DNA of 32,000 nucleotides from positions 570,001-602,000 of the forward strand of contig CP076101.2 of assembly GCA_015256915.3 (NCBI GenBank). The letters run 5' to 3'. Source of the stretch: Candidatus Saccharimonas sp. (GTDB lineage Bacteria; Patescibacteriota; Saccharimonadia; Saccharimonadales; Saccharimonadaceae). Below, piece by piece: positions 1-7,589 of this stretch. The notes beneath the pieces are model-generated. The model was not told where the DNA came from, made no database searches, and saw nothing but the letters and a program-made list of their open reading frames with translations. How positions within the stretch are numbered: the first letter of the stretch is position 1; every line of letters starts with the position of its first letter. The position numbers and the translations under genes are program-made.

Positions 1-377
1 AACTTTGCCATTGAACGAGGAATCCAAAGTTCCGTACTATTTTGTATGTTTTTGCCTCTTCGATAATAAAAAATCCAAGTTGAGATCCCAGCAGCAACTA
101 AAATACCAGCCAAGACTGCCCAAGCTACTTTCGAAAATGCAATATTATAAAATATTCCAGCAAAATATGCAAAAGTTGAAAAAATAAGAATAGTTGCAAA
201 AACTGATCCAAAAACTAAAGACATAGATAACTTTGTTAATTGTAAATGCGACTTTTTCTTGCTTAAAGTGTGCCCACTCAAAAGTGTTAGAACGCTAATA
301 CTCAAATGAAAACTAGCATGCACCATTGCCGCTAAGATTACTACTAATAAAATCATCCGAATTTCCATAAGCTTCAT
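1..377 (-). CDS. hypothetical multi-pass membrane protein, N-terminal part (ORF runs off the left edge of the window)
   Basis: My own reverse-strand translation from ATG at 377-375: MKLMEIRMILLVVILAAMVHASFHLSISVLTLLSGHTLSKKKSHLQLTKLSMSLVFGSVFATILIFSTFAYFAGIFYNIAFSKVAWAVLAGILVAAGISTWIFYYRRGKN... It stays open to position 1 and has several hydrophobic helices. It is absent from the ORF track because no stop lies inside the window. There is no clear SD, so the start is uncertain. Confidence 0.5.
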   Translation of the reverse strand, partial: MKLMEIRMILLVVILAAMVHASFHLSISVLTLLSGHTLSKKKSHLQLTKLSMSLVFGSVFATILIFSTFAYFAGIFYNIAFSKVAWAVLAGILVAAGISTWIFYYRRGKNIQNSTELWIPRSMAK

Positions 378-441
378 TTAAATTATATTATAAGCACAAG
401 CGAAAATCAAGAAAAATGTTTAAGTTTTTTCGAAAAAAGTC

Positions 442-470
442 TTGACTTTTATATTTTTATATGTTATTAT
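442..470 (+). promoter_or_regulatory. sigma70-type promoter with extended -10
   Basis: TTGACT 442-447, 17-nt spacer, TGtTATTAT 462-470. It lies about 40 nt upstream of the SD-led small ORF at 510. Confidence 0.6.
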
Positions 471-509
471 AAATAACGTAATATTATTTAAAAACAAAAA
501 GGAAAATAA

Positions 510-632
510 ATGGCACGACACGAACGAATGTCCTCATGGGATAGACACCGAACTAAAAAAGAACTCCGAAACTTCATTGATGCAAGAATTTCACGATTCA
601 ATGAATTTGATGAGTTCGAAGATTTAGTCTAA
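510..632 (+). CDS. small highly charged protein, 40 aa (not in ORF track)
   Basis: ATG 510 is preceded by AAGGA (499-503, 6-nt spacer). Translation: MARHERMSSWDRHRTKKELRNFIDARISRFNEFDEFEDLV, stop TAA 630-632. It sits between the promoter at 442-470 and the terminator at 640-668. Confidence 0.45.
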   Translation: MARHERMSSWDRHRTKKELRNFIDARISRFNEFDEFEDLV

Positions 633-639
633 GAATATG

Positions 640-668
640 AAGCTCGCAAAATTAGCGAGCTTTTCTCT
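640..668 (+). terminator. intrinsic terminator
   Basis: AAGCTCGC (640-647) / GCGAGCTT (655-662), 8-bp stem, 7-nt loop, followed by TTTCTCTT. Confidence 0.7.
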
Positions 669-707
669 TGAAAAAAGTTTTTCAATGTGCTAAAATATAA
701 ACATTAT

Positions 708-784
708 GGTAGCGTAGCTCAGTTGGTTAGAGCGTAGGACTCATAAGCCTAAGGTCGCAGGTTCAATCCCCGCCGCTACTACCA
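708..784 (+). tRNA. tRNA-Met (CAU), elongator type
   Basis: Cloverleaf read by eye: GGTAGCG-TA-GCTC-AGTTGGTTA-GAGC-G-TAGGA-CTCATAA-GCCTA-AGGTC-GCAGG-TTCAATC-CCCGC-CGCTACT-A-CCA. Anticodon CAT and encoded CCA. The D arm resembles E. coli elongator tRNA-Met as I remember it. One A-G mismatch closes the anticodon stem and pair 1-72 is G-U. Confidence 0.8.
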
Positions 785-799
785 GAAATTATATAGAAA

Positions 800-830
800 A
801 TCGTTGCAAATTTTGTAACGATTTTTATTT
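800..830 (+). terminator. intrinsic terminator after tRNA-Met
   Basis: ATCGTTGCA (800-808) pairs with TGTAACGAT (814-822), including one G-U pair. 5-nt loop, then TTTTATTTTT. Confidence 0.6.
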
Positions 831-885
831 TTATAAATAAAAATAACCTTCCATTTTTGAAAAGTTATTTTTTGAAATAATTTCT

Positions 886-963
886 TGGTTGCGGGAGTAG
901 GATTTGAACCTACGACCTCTTGGTTATGAGCCAAGCGAGCTGACCAGACTGCTCCATCCCGCG
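886..963 (-). tRNA. tRNA-fMet (CAU), initiator type
   Basis: Reverse complement: CGCGGGA-TG-GAGC-AGTCTGGTCA-GCTC-G-CTTGG-CTCATAA-CCAAG-AGGTC-GTAGG-TTCAAAT-CCTAC-TCCCGCA-A-CCA. The C1xA72 mismatch is the bacterial initiator hallmark and the sequence is close to E. coli tRNA-fMet. Only two, not three, G-C pairs lie at the base of the anticodon stem. Confidence 0.9.
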
Positions 964-1015
964 ATATCTGCTTTATATTTTATCACGCAGATATTTAAAA
1001 GTCAAGGGTTTTTGG

Positions 1016-1456
1016 CTATTTCGTTGCCTTTTGAGCATTTCCACCAAAAATAAAGTTAATCCATTGTGTAAAATTTGAAGGTTTTGGCGTTTTAGTTTGC
1101 TCTTTCTTTTGTTCTTCTGGGTATTTCGAAAGAATCAAAACATGTTCACCTGGCATTGCAAGACCAAGTTTTTCACGTACAGCAAGCTCTTGGTATTCAG
1201 AACTTTTCAGATATTTTTGCTCATATTCAAGTGTTTTATAGCTAATTTCATCAATTAAAGCCTGGCGCTGTTTGAGTTCTAGCTTTTTTTGAATTGAATA
1301 ATTTTTTTCCATCGCCGCAATATTCCCCCAAACCCAAATTATCGAGATAAAAATAACACTGGCCATAACAATATTACTCAAAGTTAAAATATCGTTCGAA
1401 AAATAATATTTCGCACGGCGAGTTTTAGTTTTTAAATCGTTTAAGTTTAATTTCAC
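1016..1456 (-). CDS. septum formation initiator family protein (DivIC/FtsB/FtsL-like)
   Basis: 146 aa with a single N-terminal TM (IVMASVIFISIIWVWG), then a coiled coil and the family-typical C-terminal segment EYQELAVREKLGLAMPGEHVLIL. GTG start with no clear SD, so the start is uncertain. Confidence 0.75.
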   Translation of the reverse strand: MKLNLNDLKTKTRRAKYYFSNDILTLSNIVMASVIFISIIWVWGNIAAMEKNYSIQKKLELKQRQALIDEISYKTLEYEQKYLKSSEYQELAVREKLGLAMPGEHVLILSKYPEEQKKEQTKTPKPSNFTQWINFIFGGNAQKATK

Positions 1457-1496
1457 TATTTAATTTTATCACATTTTCTGATATAATTAAATAGTC

Positions 1497-1572
1497 GGGG
1501 GATTAGCTCAGCGGTTAGAGCAGTCGTCTCATACACGATTGGTCGCTGGTTCGAACCCAGCATCCCCTACCA
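1497..1572 (+). tRNA. tRNA with CAU anticodon, probably tRNA-Ile2 (lysidine type)
   Basis: GGGGGAT-TA-GCTC-AGCGGTTA-GAGC-A-GTCGT-CTCATAC-ACGAT-TGGTC-GCTGG-TTCGAAC-CCAGC-ATCCCCT-A-CCA. From the D arm through the T arm it closely resembles E. coli ileX as I remember it. The Ile2 versus Met assignment needs a covariance-model classifier. Confidence 0.85.
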
Positions 1573-1614
1573 AAATCGCCTAATTGGCGTTTTTATTTTT
1601 ATTTTGAATTTAAC

Positions 1615-1647
1615 AAAACCGCCCCATCTGAATGAGAGGCGGTTTTT
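1615..1647. terminator. bidirectional intrinsic terminator
   Basis: AAAACCGCC (1615-1623) pairs with GGCGGTTTT (1638-1646), with A/T runs on both sides. It lies just downstream of the minus-strand gene ending at 1657. Confidence 0.6.
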
Positions 1648-1656
1648 ATAAATTGA

Positions 1657-1863
1657 TTATTTCTTGCGAGAAACTGTCAAGAAGCCGTTTCGTGGATTTT
1701 CTTTTACAATTCGGTCTTCTGGAAGGTCGCAAGGCTCACCCTTATCGTTCTTTTCTTTTTTAGCAAAGAAGTAAATTGTTTGTGGTTTTCCGCCACGCAA
1801 AGTTACTTCACTTTTGTGCAAATAATATGTAATTCCTTTTGAATTTGTTTGACTATAAGCCAT
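1657..1863 (-). CDS. small conserved-looking hypothetical protein, 68 aa
   Basis: The track ORF is 1657..1899. I prefer the internal ATG at 1863 because AAAGGA lies about 6 nt upstream. Product: MAYSQTNSKGITYYLHKSEVTLRGGKPQTIYFFAKKEKNDKGEPCDLPEDRIVKENPRNGFLTVSRKK. I do not recognise a family with certainty. Confidence 0.6.
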   Translation of the reverse strand: MAYSQTNSKGITYYLHKSEVTLRGGKPQTIYFFAKKEKNDKGEPCDLPEDRIVKENPRNGFLTVSRKK

Positions 1864-1932
1864 TTCTATCCTTTCATTACTACTGTTATATATTTTCATT
1901 GTATATCAGTTTTAAAGTGGTGTCAAGCCTTT

Positions 1933-2616
1933 TTACACTTTTGGTGTATATTTTTTCAAAATAAGCTTAAGAATTATAGTTGTTATCATTTTTATTATAA
2001 TCATAAAAATTAAAATTATTGCTACTAAAGTTGTCCATCCAGCCAAATCTGGTGACCAAATTGGTGCGACAAAACTATAAGTATATTCTGAAATATTTGG
2101 GTATTCAGCCTTAACTTGACCCTGACTACTTGCAGGATATTTATTTTGCTCATCTAAAATACACTGTTGATATGCTAAAGAATATCCGCCACGGAACCTT
2201 GGCCGGCAAGCTTCTTCCGCCTTTTTAAAAATATTTCCATTCGGATTATCACTTTCAGCTTCACGAGCAACCTGCTCGGCTTTTCTCATATCACTTTCAT
2301 AAATATTCGCCCATACAATTTTCACTTCTCGGTTCATTTTGAACCAGTGAGTTTCATCACTATAAAAAATTCCGCCACTATTCATATGAGCATAAACGTA
2401 ATTAGCTAATTCAATTGTTGCTTTTCTGGTAGCTTCAACATCGCCAGATTTATCAGCCGTTTCAACAGCCTCTCTTCTACGAATCATTCCCACATTATTC
2501 AAACGTAAAGCTGTTAAATTTACAAAAATCACAAGTATAAGTAAAATAAACAATTGCCAATTTTTAAGCGATTGTATCTGTTTAAGACGTTTTTTAATTC
2601 TGCCTTTACCCACCAT
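1933..2616 (-). CDS. hypothetical membrane protein (N- and C-terminal TM helices, extracytoplasmic middle)
   Basis: 227-aa ORF with TM helices at about residues 20-38 and 195-215. No recognisable catalytic motif. Confidence 0.6.
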   Translation of the reverse strand: MVGKGRIKKRLKQIQSLKNWQLFILLILVIFVNLTALRLNNVGMIRRREAVETADKSGDVEATRKATIELANYVYAHMNSGGIFYSDETHWFKMNREVKIVWANIYESDMRKAEQVAREAESDNPNGNIFKKAEEACRPRFRGGYSLAYQQCILDEQNKYPASSQGQVKAEYPNISEYTYSFVAPIWSPDLAGWTTLVAIILIFMIIIKMITTIILKLILKKYTPKV

Positions 2617-2652
2617 AATACTTATGTATATTTTACCAAAATTCCAAGAAAA

Positions 2653-4212
2653 TTACAAATTTTGCTTAATTTTTTGAGCTAATTTTTCACCAACAATTTT
2701 CGAAAGCTCTTGCACAGGGGCTTCGCGAATTTTCTTTAGCGAACCAAATTCTCGCAATAATTTTGCCCGCGTTTTTATTCCTACACCATCAATTTTTTCT
2801 AATGCATTCTGAGTTTGCTTTTTAGTTCGCAAATTAGAATGATAATTAATTGCAAATCGGTGAGCTTCATCACGAATCCGCTGGAAAAGCTTGGTTAAAT
2901 CACTAAATTCTGAGTTACTTTCACCTAGCAAGTTGCGGGCGTGGCCGTGTGAATGGCTTTGCAAAAGGTGCAAATTTAGTATCAAAAAATCGCCCTCTCG
3001 CCGAACCGAAAAATCTCTATCATTTTTTTCGAAGTTTTTATCTAACCAATTAGTTTTGAGGTTTGGATTTTGCGTATCAAAAATAATCTCTTCATCACGC
3101 TTAGCAATTCCAATTGCTAAAATATCTCTTGGCAAAACTTCTCGCACTGCACTTAATTGACCTTTTCCACCATCAATCAAAACTAAATCAGGCCATCCCC
3201 ATTTTTCGTTTCGCTTCGAGAATCTCCGTATTAAAACTTCTTTCATATGAAGAAAATCATCATTTCCGCCAGTTGTCATTTTAAATTTTCGATACTCTCG
3301 CTTGTCGCTAAGCCCATTTGTAAAAACCACCATCGACGCCACATTGTTTTCTCCACCAGTGTGCGAAATGTCATAAGCCTCAATTCTCCTCAGTGGAATT
3401 TCAAGCGAGAGAATTTCCGCCAATTTCGCTAATGCGTGGTCTTTTGAAATATCCAAAAATTCCTCGTTCGAAAAAATAACCTGTTTACCAAGCTCACTTA
3501 AATCTCGCAGTTGGTTACGTTTTTTTGCAGCCATTTCGAAATTCTGTTCATTCGCAAAATCGAGCATTTCTTTCTCAATTTCAAGCTGAAGCATTTTTCG
3601 CTCACCTTTTAAATATCGCGAGAGCTGGCGTAAATTACGTTTATATTCTGTCATTTTTTGTTGATATTCGGGCAAATTTGGTTCAAAATTTTCCAGCCCA
3701 GGAGTTAAACCAATCTGAAAATCTAAACTATTTCTAGCTGGCATTTTTTCACTCAAATAATACGGAAAGACTCTTCGAAGCAATCGGACCGATTTTTTCA
3801 CTGCATTAGAATTATAAAATGGGCCAAAATATTCTGCTAAATCATCAAGCGGATTTTTAGTGAAACTAACATGCGGAATTTTGTCACGAAAACCAATTCG
3901 CACGTAAGTTGGTGATTTATCATCCCGCAAAAGTATGTTGTACTGTGGCTTGTAGCGCTTAATCATCTCGCTCTCTAAAAATAGCGCATCAATTTCAGTC
4001 TCAACCTCAATCCAGTCAGTCATCGCAATTTCTGATACCAAAGCTTCAGTTTTTGGATCTTTTCCGCGCGAGTTTTGAAAATATTGCCGCACACGATTTT
4101 TTAAATTTGCCGCTTTTCCAACATAAATAATCTCATCTTTCGAATTTTTATGAAAATAAACGCCAGCGGAATTTGGCAGTTCTTTTAGCTTTTTCGAAAG
4201 TTGTTTGTTCAT
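2653..4212 (-). CDS. uvrC: excinuclease ABC subunit C
   Basis: N-terminal GIY-YIG motif (GVYFHKNSKDEIIYVGKAANLKNRVRQYF), a central UVR-like helix, the endonuclease region (IEAYDISH...LIDGGKGQL) and a C-terminal helix-hairpin-helix (IDGVGIKTRAKLLREFGS). 519 aa, which is short for the family. Confidence 0.93.
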   Translation of the reverse strand: MNKQLSKKLKELPNSAGVYFHKNSKDEIIYVGKAANLKNRVRQYFQNSRGKDPKTEALVSEIAMTDWIEVETEIDALFLESEMIKRYKPQYNILLRDDKSPTYVRIGFRDKIPHVSFTKNPLDDLAEYFGPFYNSNAVKKSVRLLRRVFPYYLSEKMPARNSLDFQIGLTPGLENFEPNLPEYQQKMTEYKRNLRQLSRYLKGERKMLQLEIEKEMLDFANEQNFEMAAKKRNQLRDLSELGKQVIFSNEEFLDISKDHALAKLAEILSLEIPLRRIEAYDISHTGGENNVASMVVFTNGLSDKREYRKFKMTTGGNDDFLHMKEVLIRRFSKRNEKWGWPDLVLIDGGKGQLSAVREVLPRDILAIGIAKRDEEIIFDTQNPNLKTNWLDKNFEKNDRDFSVRREGDFLILNLHLLQSHSHGHARNLLGESNSEFSDLTKLFQRIRDEAHRFAINYHSNLRTKKQTQNALEKIDGVGIKTRAKLLREFGSLKKIREAPVQELSKIVGEKLAQKIKQNL

Positions 4213-4351
4213 CTCTTATTATTATATCATTTTATATTTTTTATAAAAACTATTTTATTATATTTAATAATATGCTATACTCAGAATATAGATTATACTC
4301 AAGATAAAATATATCTTGAATAGCCTTGAACTTTAGAAAGGGGTATATAAT

Positions 4352-4459
4352 ATGGAACAAACCGAAACTAACAAAGTAGAAGAACCTTGCCATATCAAAT
4401 TGTTCACCGGACAAATTGTGATCTTTAGACCCTGTAACGAGCAGTCAAAAAAAGAATAA
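4352..4459 (+). CDS. small ORF, 35 aa, two Cys (not in ORF track)
   Basis: ATG 4352 is preceded by AAAGGGG (4338-4344). Product: MEQTETNKVEEPCHIKLFTGQIVIFRPCNEQSKKE, stop TAA 4457-4459. A hairpin terminator follows. An extended -10-like TGcTATACT lies at 4273-4281. Confidence 0.4.
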   Translation: MEQTETNKVEEPCHIKLFTGQIVIFRPCNEQSKKE

Positions 4460-4473
4460 TACCCAAAAACCTT

Positions 4474-4510
4474 AAGCCACCTAATTTTGGTGGCTTTAAA
4501 TATTTTTTCA
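4474..4510 (+). terminator. intrinsic terminator
   Basis: AAGCCACC (4474-4481) pairs with GGTGGCTT (4489-4496), 7-nt loop, then TAAATATTTTTT. Confidence 0.6.
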
Positions 4511-4693
4511 AAAAAATAAATTTGATAAATTCATTATATGTTATTAGCTAAATCAAGCAAATTTAACATGATTTTAATCTGTTTTGTTAAAAATATTGGC
4601 AACAAAATTAGCAATTTTCAAGAAAACTTGGTAGTTGCAAATGAGCATTTTTTATATAATTGATGTATAATAATTAATATGAAAGGACAAAAA

Positions 4694-5566
4694 ATGTTTA
4701 ATCAGAATTTACAAAAATTACGAGCCGAGAAAAATATCTCACAAGAGCAACTTGCTGATAAAATTGGCGTTTCGCGACAATCAGTTTCAGCCTGGGAGAG
4801 TGGCAAATCTTCCCCTGAACTTGACAAACTAATTGCCCTAAGCGAACTCTTCGAAATTAGTTTAGATGAACTAACCGGCGAAATTTCAACCAAAAAAGCC
4901 AATTTTAATAAAAAAGAATATGAGAAATCATATCAAAAAATTGCACTAATTCGTGCGCTTGGTATGCTTATTCTTTTTACCGGCCTTGCAATAGCAGCAT
5001 ATTTTTCAGGATCAACAGCAAGTTTTAATGTTTTAGCAGGGGTTAGCTTAATGCTATCCTTAGCAATATCAGTTCCCCTACTAATTTTAGCTAAAAATTT
5101 TGATAATTCAGAAATTGAAAACCTACTTGATTATACTATAAAAATTGACAAATTTTTTTCAAAAAATGAAATCAGACAAGCCAAAAATATTAAAAATAGC
5201 AGTGCTATGGCACTGGTATCAACAATTTTTACAGCTATAGCAACTCATCAAATAATTTATCATTTTTCTGATCTTGGCATTAATTTAGCTAATGCTATAT
5301 TTATGGCCCTATTAGGAATTGGAATCTCAGCATCAACTTACGGAAATTCTATTTTTTCGAAAATTAATAACTTTTATGAAATCGAAAATAAAGATGAAGA
5401 AAAAGATTCAAAAATAGGATTTTTTGCGGCAATAATAATGCTTTCAATCACAGCAATTTATTTAACTTACAGTTTTATTACAAATAATTGGGAATCGGCT
5501 GAACTATTTTACCCGGTTGGCGGAATTGCAATTGCAATTTATGCTATTTACGTAAAAAAGAAATAA
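4694..5566 (+). CDS. XRE-family HTH transcriptional regulator fused to a multi-pass membrane domain
   Basis: HTH_3 signature LRAEKNISQEQLADKIGVSRQSVSAWESGKSSPELDKLIALSELFEISLDELTG, followed by about 6 predicted TM helices. The track start is 4679. The ATG at 4694 has AAAGGA 5 nt upstream, so either start is possible. Confidence 0.8.
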   Translation: MFNQNLQKLRAEKNISQEQLADKIGVSRQSVSAWESGKSSPELDKLIALSELFEISLDELTGEISTKKANFNKKEYEKSYQKIALIRALGMLILFTGLAIAAYFSGSTASFNVLAGVSLMLSLAISVPLLILAKNFDNSEIENLLDYTIKIDKFFSKNEIRQAKNIKNSSAMALVSTIFTAIATHQIIYHFSDLGINLANAIFMALLGIGISASTYGNSIFSKINNFYEIENKDEEKDSKIGFFAAIIMLSITAIYLTYSFITNNWESAELFYPVGGIAIAIYAIYVKKK

Positions 5567-5577
5567 TCATCAAAACA

Positions 5578-5610
5578 AAACGCTCAATAACTAAAATTTT
5601 GAGCGTTTTT
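5578..5610. terminator. bidirectional intrinsic terminator between convergent genes
   Basis: AAACGCTCA (5578-5586) pairs with TGAGCGTTT (5600-5608), with A-run and T-run flanks. Confidence 0.65.
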
Positions 5611-5624
5611 AATATTTTTGATAG

Positions 5625-7523
5625 TTAATTCTTATACAAAGCGTGCGAATTTGCCGCGACTCGCTCCAAGAAAAGTAACTGAGCTTGCTGAACATTTTCT
5701 GGTTTTCCAACCCAAGCTTGAAGCGCTGGCATCTGTAAAGCTCGCGCATAACTATAGGTCAATCCCCAGTCAAAAGGTCCGAGATTGGTTATTTCTTGGA
5801 GATTATCAGTTGCCTGAGTTGTGGTTTGTCCACCAGAAAGGAATACGATACCTGCCAATTCTTTTGGAACTATTTTCTTAAAAATAGAAACGGTTTCTCG
5901 TGCAACCTCTCTTGAAGAAGATTGAATTTCATTTTCAGAGCCAGCAAGAACCATATTTGTTTTCAAGACTGTTCCTTTAAGATCAACCTTAAATATTTTT
6001 AGTTCCTCAAAGAGCTTTTTAAGAATCTTTTCCGTAACTTCTCGGCACTGTTTAATAGTGTGTTTCCCAGAATAAACCACCTCTGGCTCAACGATTGGTA
6101 CAATTCCATAATTCTGGCAGGCTTTAGCATATTGTGCCAAAACTCGCAAATTTGAAGCGATCGCAGCTTTGCTCGGCGTTCCTTTTTCTTCATCAATTTC
6201 AAAAGCAACTCGCCATTTCGCAAAATCAATTCCTGCTTTTGAATATTTTTGGAGTTTTTCAACCAAAGAATCAAGTCCCAATGAAATCGTCTCGCCTTCA
6301 AATCCAGTTAAAGGCTGCAAACCACCGTCAAGTTTCACACCAACCAAAATTCCGCGATTTTTCAAATACTCAACAAAATTAATACCTTCAGAAGTGTTTT
6401 GTTCGGTTGTCTCTTCAAAAAGAATAATTCCACTTAAATAATTTTCAATATCTGGTGTTTTGAAAAACATCTCACGATAGGCTCGGCGATTTTCAAAAGT
6501 ATCTTCAATCCTAATCGTTTCGAATTTTTTATGAATATTCCCGCCAGACTCATCTGCAGCAAATATTCCTTTTGGCCGCGTAACTAATTTTGCAGCAGTT
6601 TTGTGCAATCGTGTTTCAATATCTGGCGTATTACTCAAAACATCAACAGGTAATTCATAATTTTTGCGATTTAAAATTTGATGCGCATAAAAAGGCTTCA
6701 ATATATCATTAAAATCAGATTTATTAGCAATCGTAACTGAAACCTGCAAATTTTCTTCTAATTTTGAAGGATTCGAAAAATTTTCAGCAACGAAAGCTGC
6801 CTGAAAAATATTATTCTGGTAAAACGAATTTAATTCAAAATTAGTTTCAATACTGGCAATTTTTTCTTTATTTCCAGCAACTATTTTCGAGCCATCAAAA
6901 ATAACAACGCCTCGCACGCCAGTTCTAATTAGTGAATCTATCGCATTTTCATAACTTGAATAATCAATTAGATCGCTTAAATTTTGTTTTCGAAAATCTA
7001 CAAAAACTAAATTCGCTCGAACGAAAAACTCATGCGCAAGCTCAGGACCCAAATCGGCGACATTAAAAACAAGCTCAATATTTGGATTCTCGCGCAAATA
7101 TTTTTTAAAATCTGTCAGATAATTTTGCGAAAAATTAGCATCCGCAATATAAATTAAATCTGGTGGAAAAGCTGGCGAAACCCATTTTGTGCTACGAGGG
7201 TTACTGGTTAAAATAAAACTCTTGCCTTTATACGAAACTATAAATCGATCAATCAGATTGCTGTTAATTTCATCATATTCGAAATGAGAAGTACCGTTTG
7301 GATTCGCACTTGAAAAAGCCTTAAAATGCGCTGCTGTAAAGATTTTTTCACTCAAAATTGTTCCACCATAAACACCAGCTTGTTTTTGATAATTTAAAGT
7401 TGAATCATCAAAAGTTAGATCATAATGAAAATCATTGAGCTCATCTTTATAAATTTTTTGATTTTGAATGTCTAAAAAGTTATCTTTTGTCGCATTTCCA
7501 ATCGATAAAATCGTCGGTTTCAT
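5625..7523 (-). CDS. fba: class I fructose-bisphosphate aldolase with an extra ~300-aa N-terminal domain (PfkB/ribokinase-like, apparently degenerate)
   Basis: The C-terminal ~330 aa carry class I FBA signatures: KGIFAADESGGNIHKKF, ENRRAYREMFFKTP, SGIILFEETT, GVKLDGG and the Schiff-base lysine context LKGTVLKTNMVLAG. N-terminal residues 1 to about 300 start like a PfkB kinase (ILSIGNATKDNFLD, VYGGT), but no DTxGAGD-type motif is recognisable. Confidence 0.85.
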   Translation of the reverse strand: MKPTILSIGNATKDNFLDIQNQKIYKDELNDFHYDLTFDDSTLNYQKQAGVYGGTILSEKIFTAAHFKAFSSANPNGTSHFEYDEINSNLIDRFIVSYKGKSFILTSNPRSTKWVSPAFPPDLIYIADANFSQNYLTDFKKYLRENPNIELVFNVADLGPELAHEFFVRANLVFVDFRKQNLSDLIDYSSYENAIDSLIRTGVRGVVIFDGSKIVAGNKEKIASIETNFELNSFYQNNIFQAAFVAENFSNPSKLEENLQVSVTIANKSDFNDILKPFYAHQILNRKNYELPVDVLSNTPDIETRLHKTAAKLVTRPKGIFAADESGGNIHKKFETIRIEDTFENRRAYREMFFKTPDIENYLSGIILFEETTEQNTSEGINFVEYLKNRGILVGVKLDGGLQPLTGFEGETISLGLDSLVEKLQKYSKAGIDFAKWRVAFEIDEEKGTPSKAAIASNLRVLAQYAKACQNYGIVPIVEPEVVYSGKHTIKQCREVTEKILKKLFEELKIFKVDLKGTVLKTNMVLAGSENEIQSSSREVARETVSIFKKIVPKELAGIVFLSGGQTTTQATDNLQEITNLGPFDWGLTYSYARALQMPALQAWVGKPENVQQAQLLFLERVAANSHALYKN

Positions 7524-7589
7524 TTCCCACCTTTAAAAATTATTATGCTTTTGCTTAAATTATATCAAATTTTCGAAAATAAAGCAAAC

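Noticed and set aside
5-187. 60-aa plus-strand ORF at the left edge
   Set aside because: It is antisense to a longer open reading frame (1-377, minus) with clear membrane-protein character, and it has no SD.
442-627. 61-aa track ORF (MTFIFLYVIINNVILFKNKK...)
   Set aside because: It starts at a TTG that is part of the -35 hexamer TTGACT, has no SD, and its N-terminus is translated from promoter-like AT-rich DNA. The 40-aa ORF at 510-632 in another frame has an SD and fits the promoter/terminator geometry better.
2891-3737. Three plus-strand ORFs (2891-3160, 3247-3432, 3525-3737) inside uvrC
   Set aside because: They are antisense shadows of a confidently identified gene. Their products are low-complexity and Ser/Phe/Leu-rich, with no start signals.
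5618-6441. Nested ORFs inside the aldolase gene (5618-5881 +, 5999-6301 -, 6134-6382 +, 6169-6441 +)
   Set aside because: They overlap the class I aldolase frame, which carries unmistakable family motifs. These alternative frames have no recognisable features.
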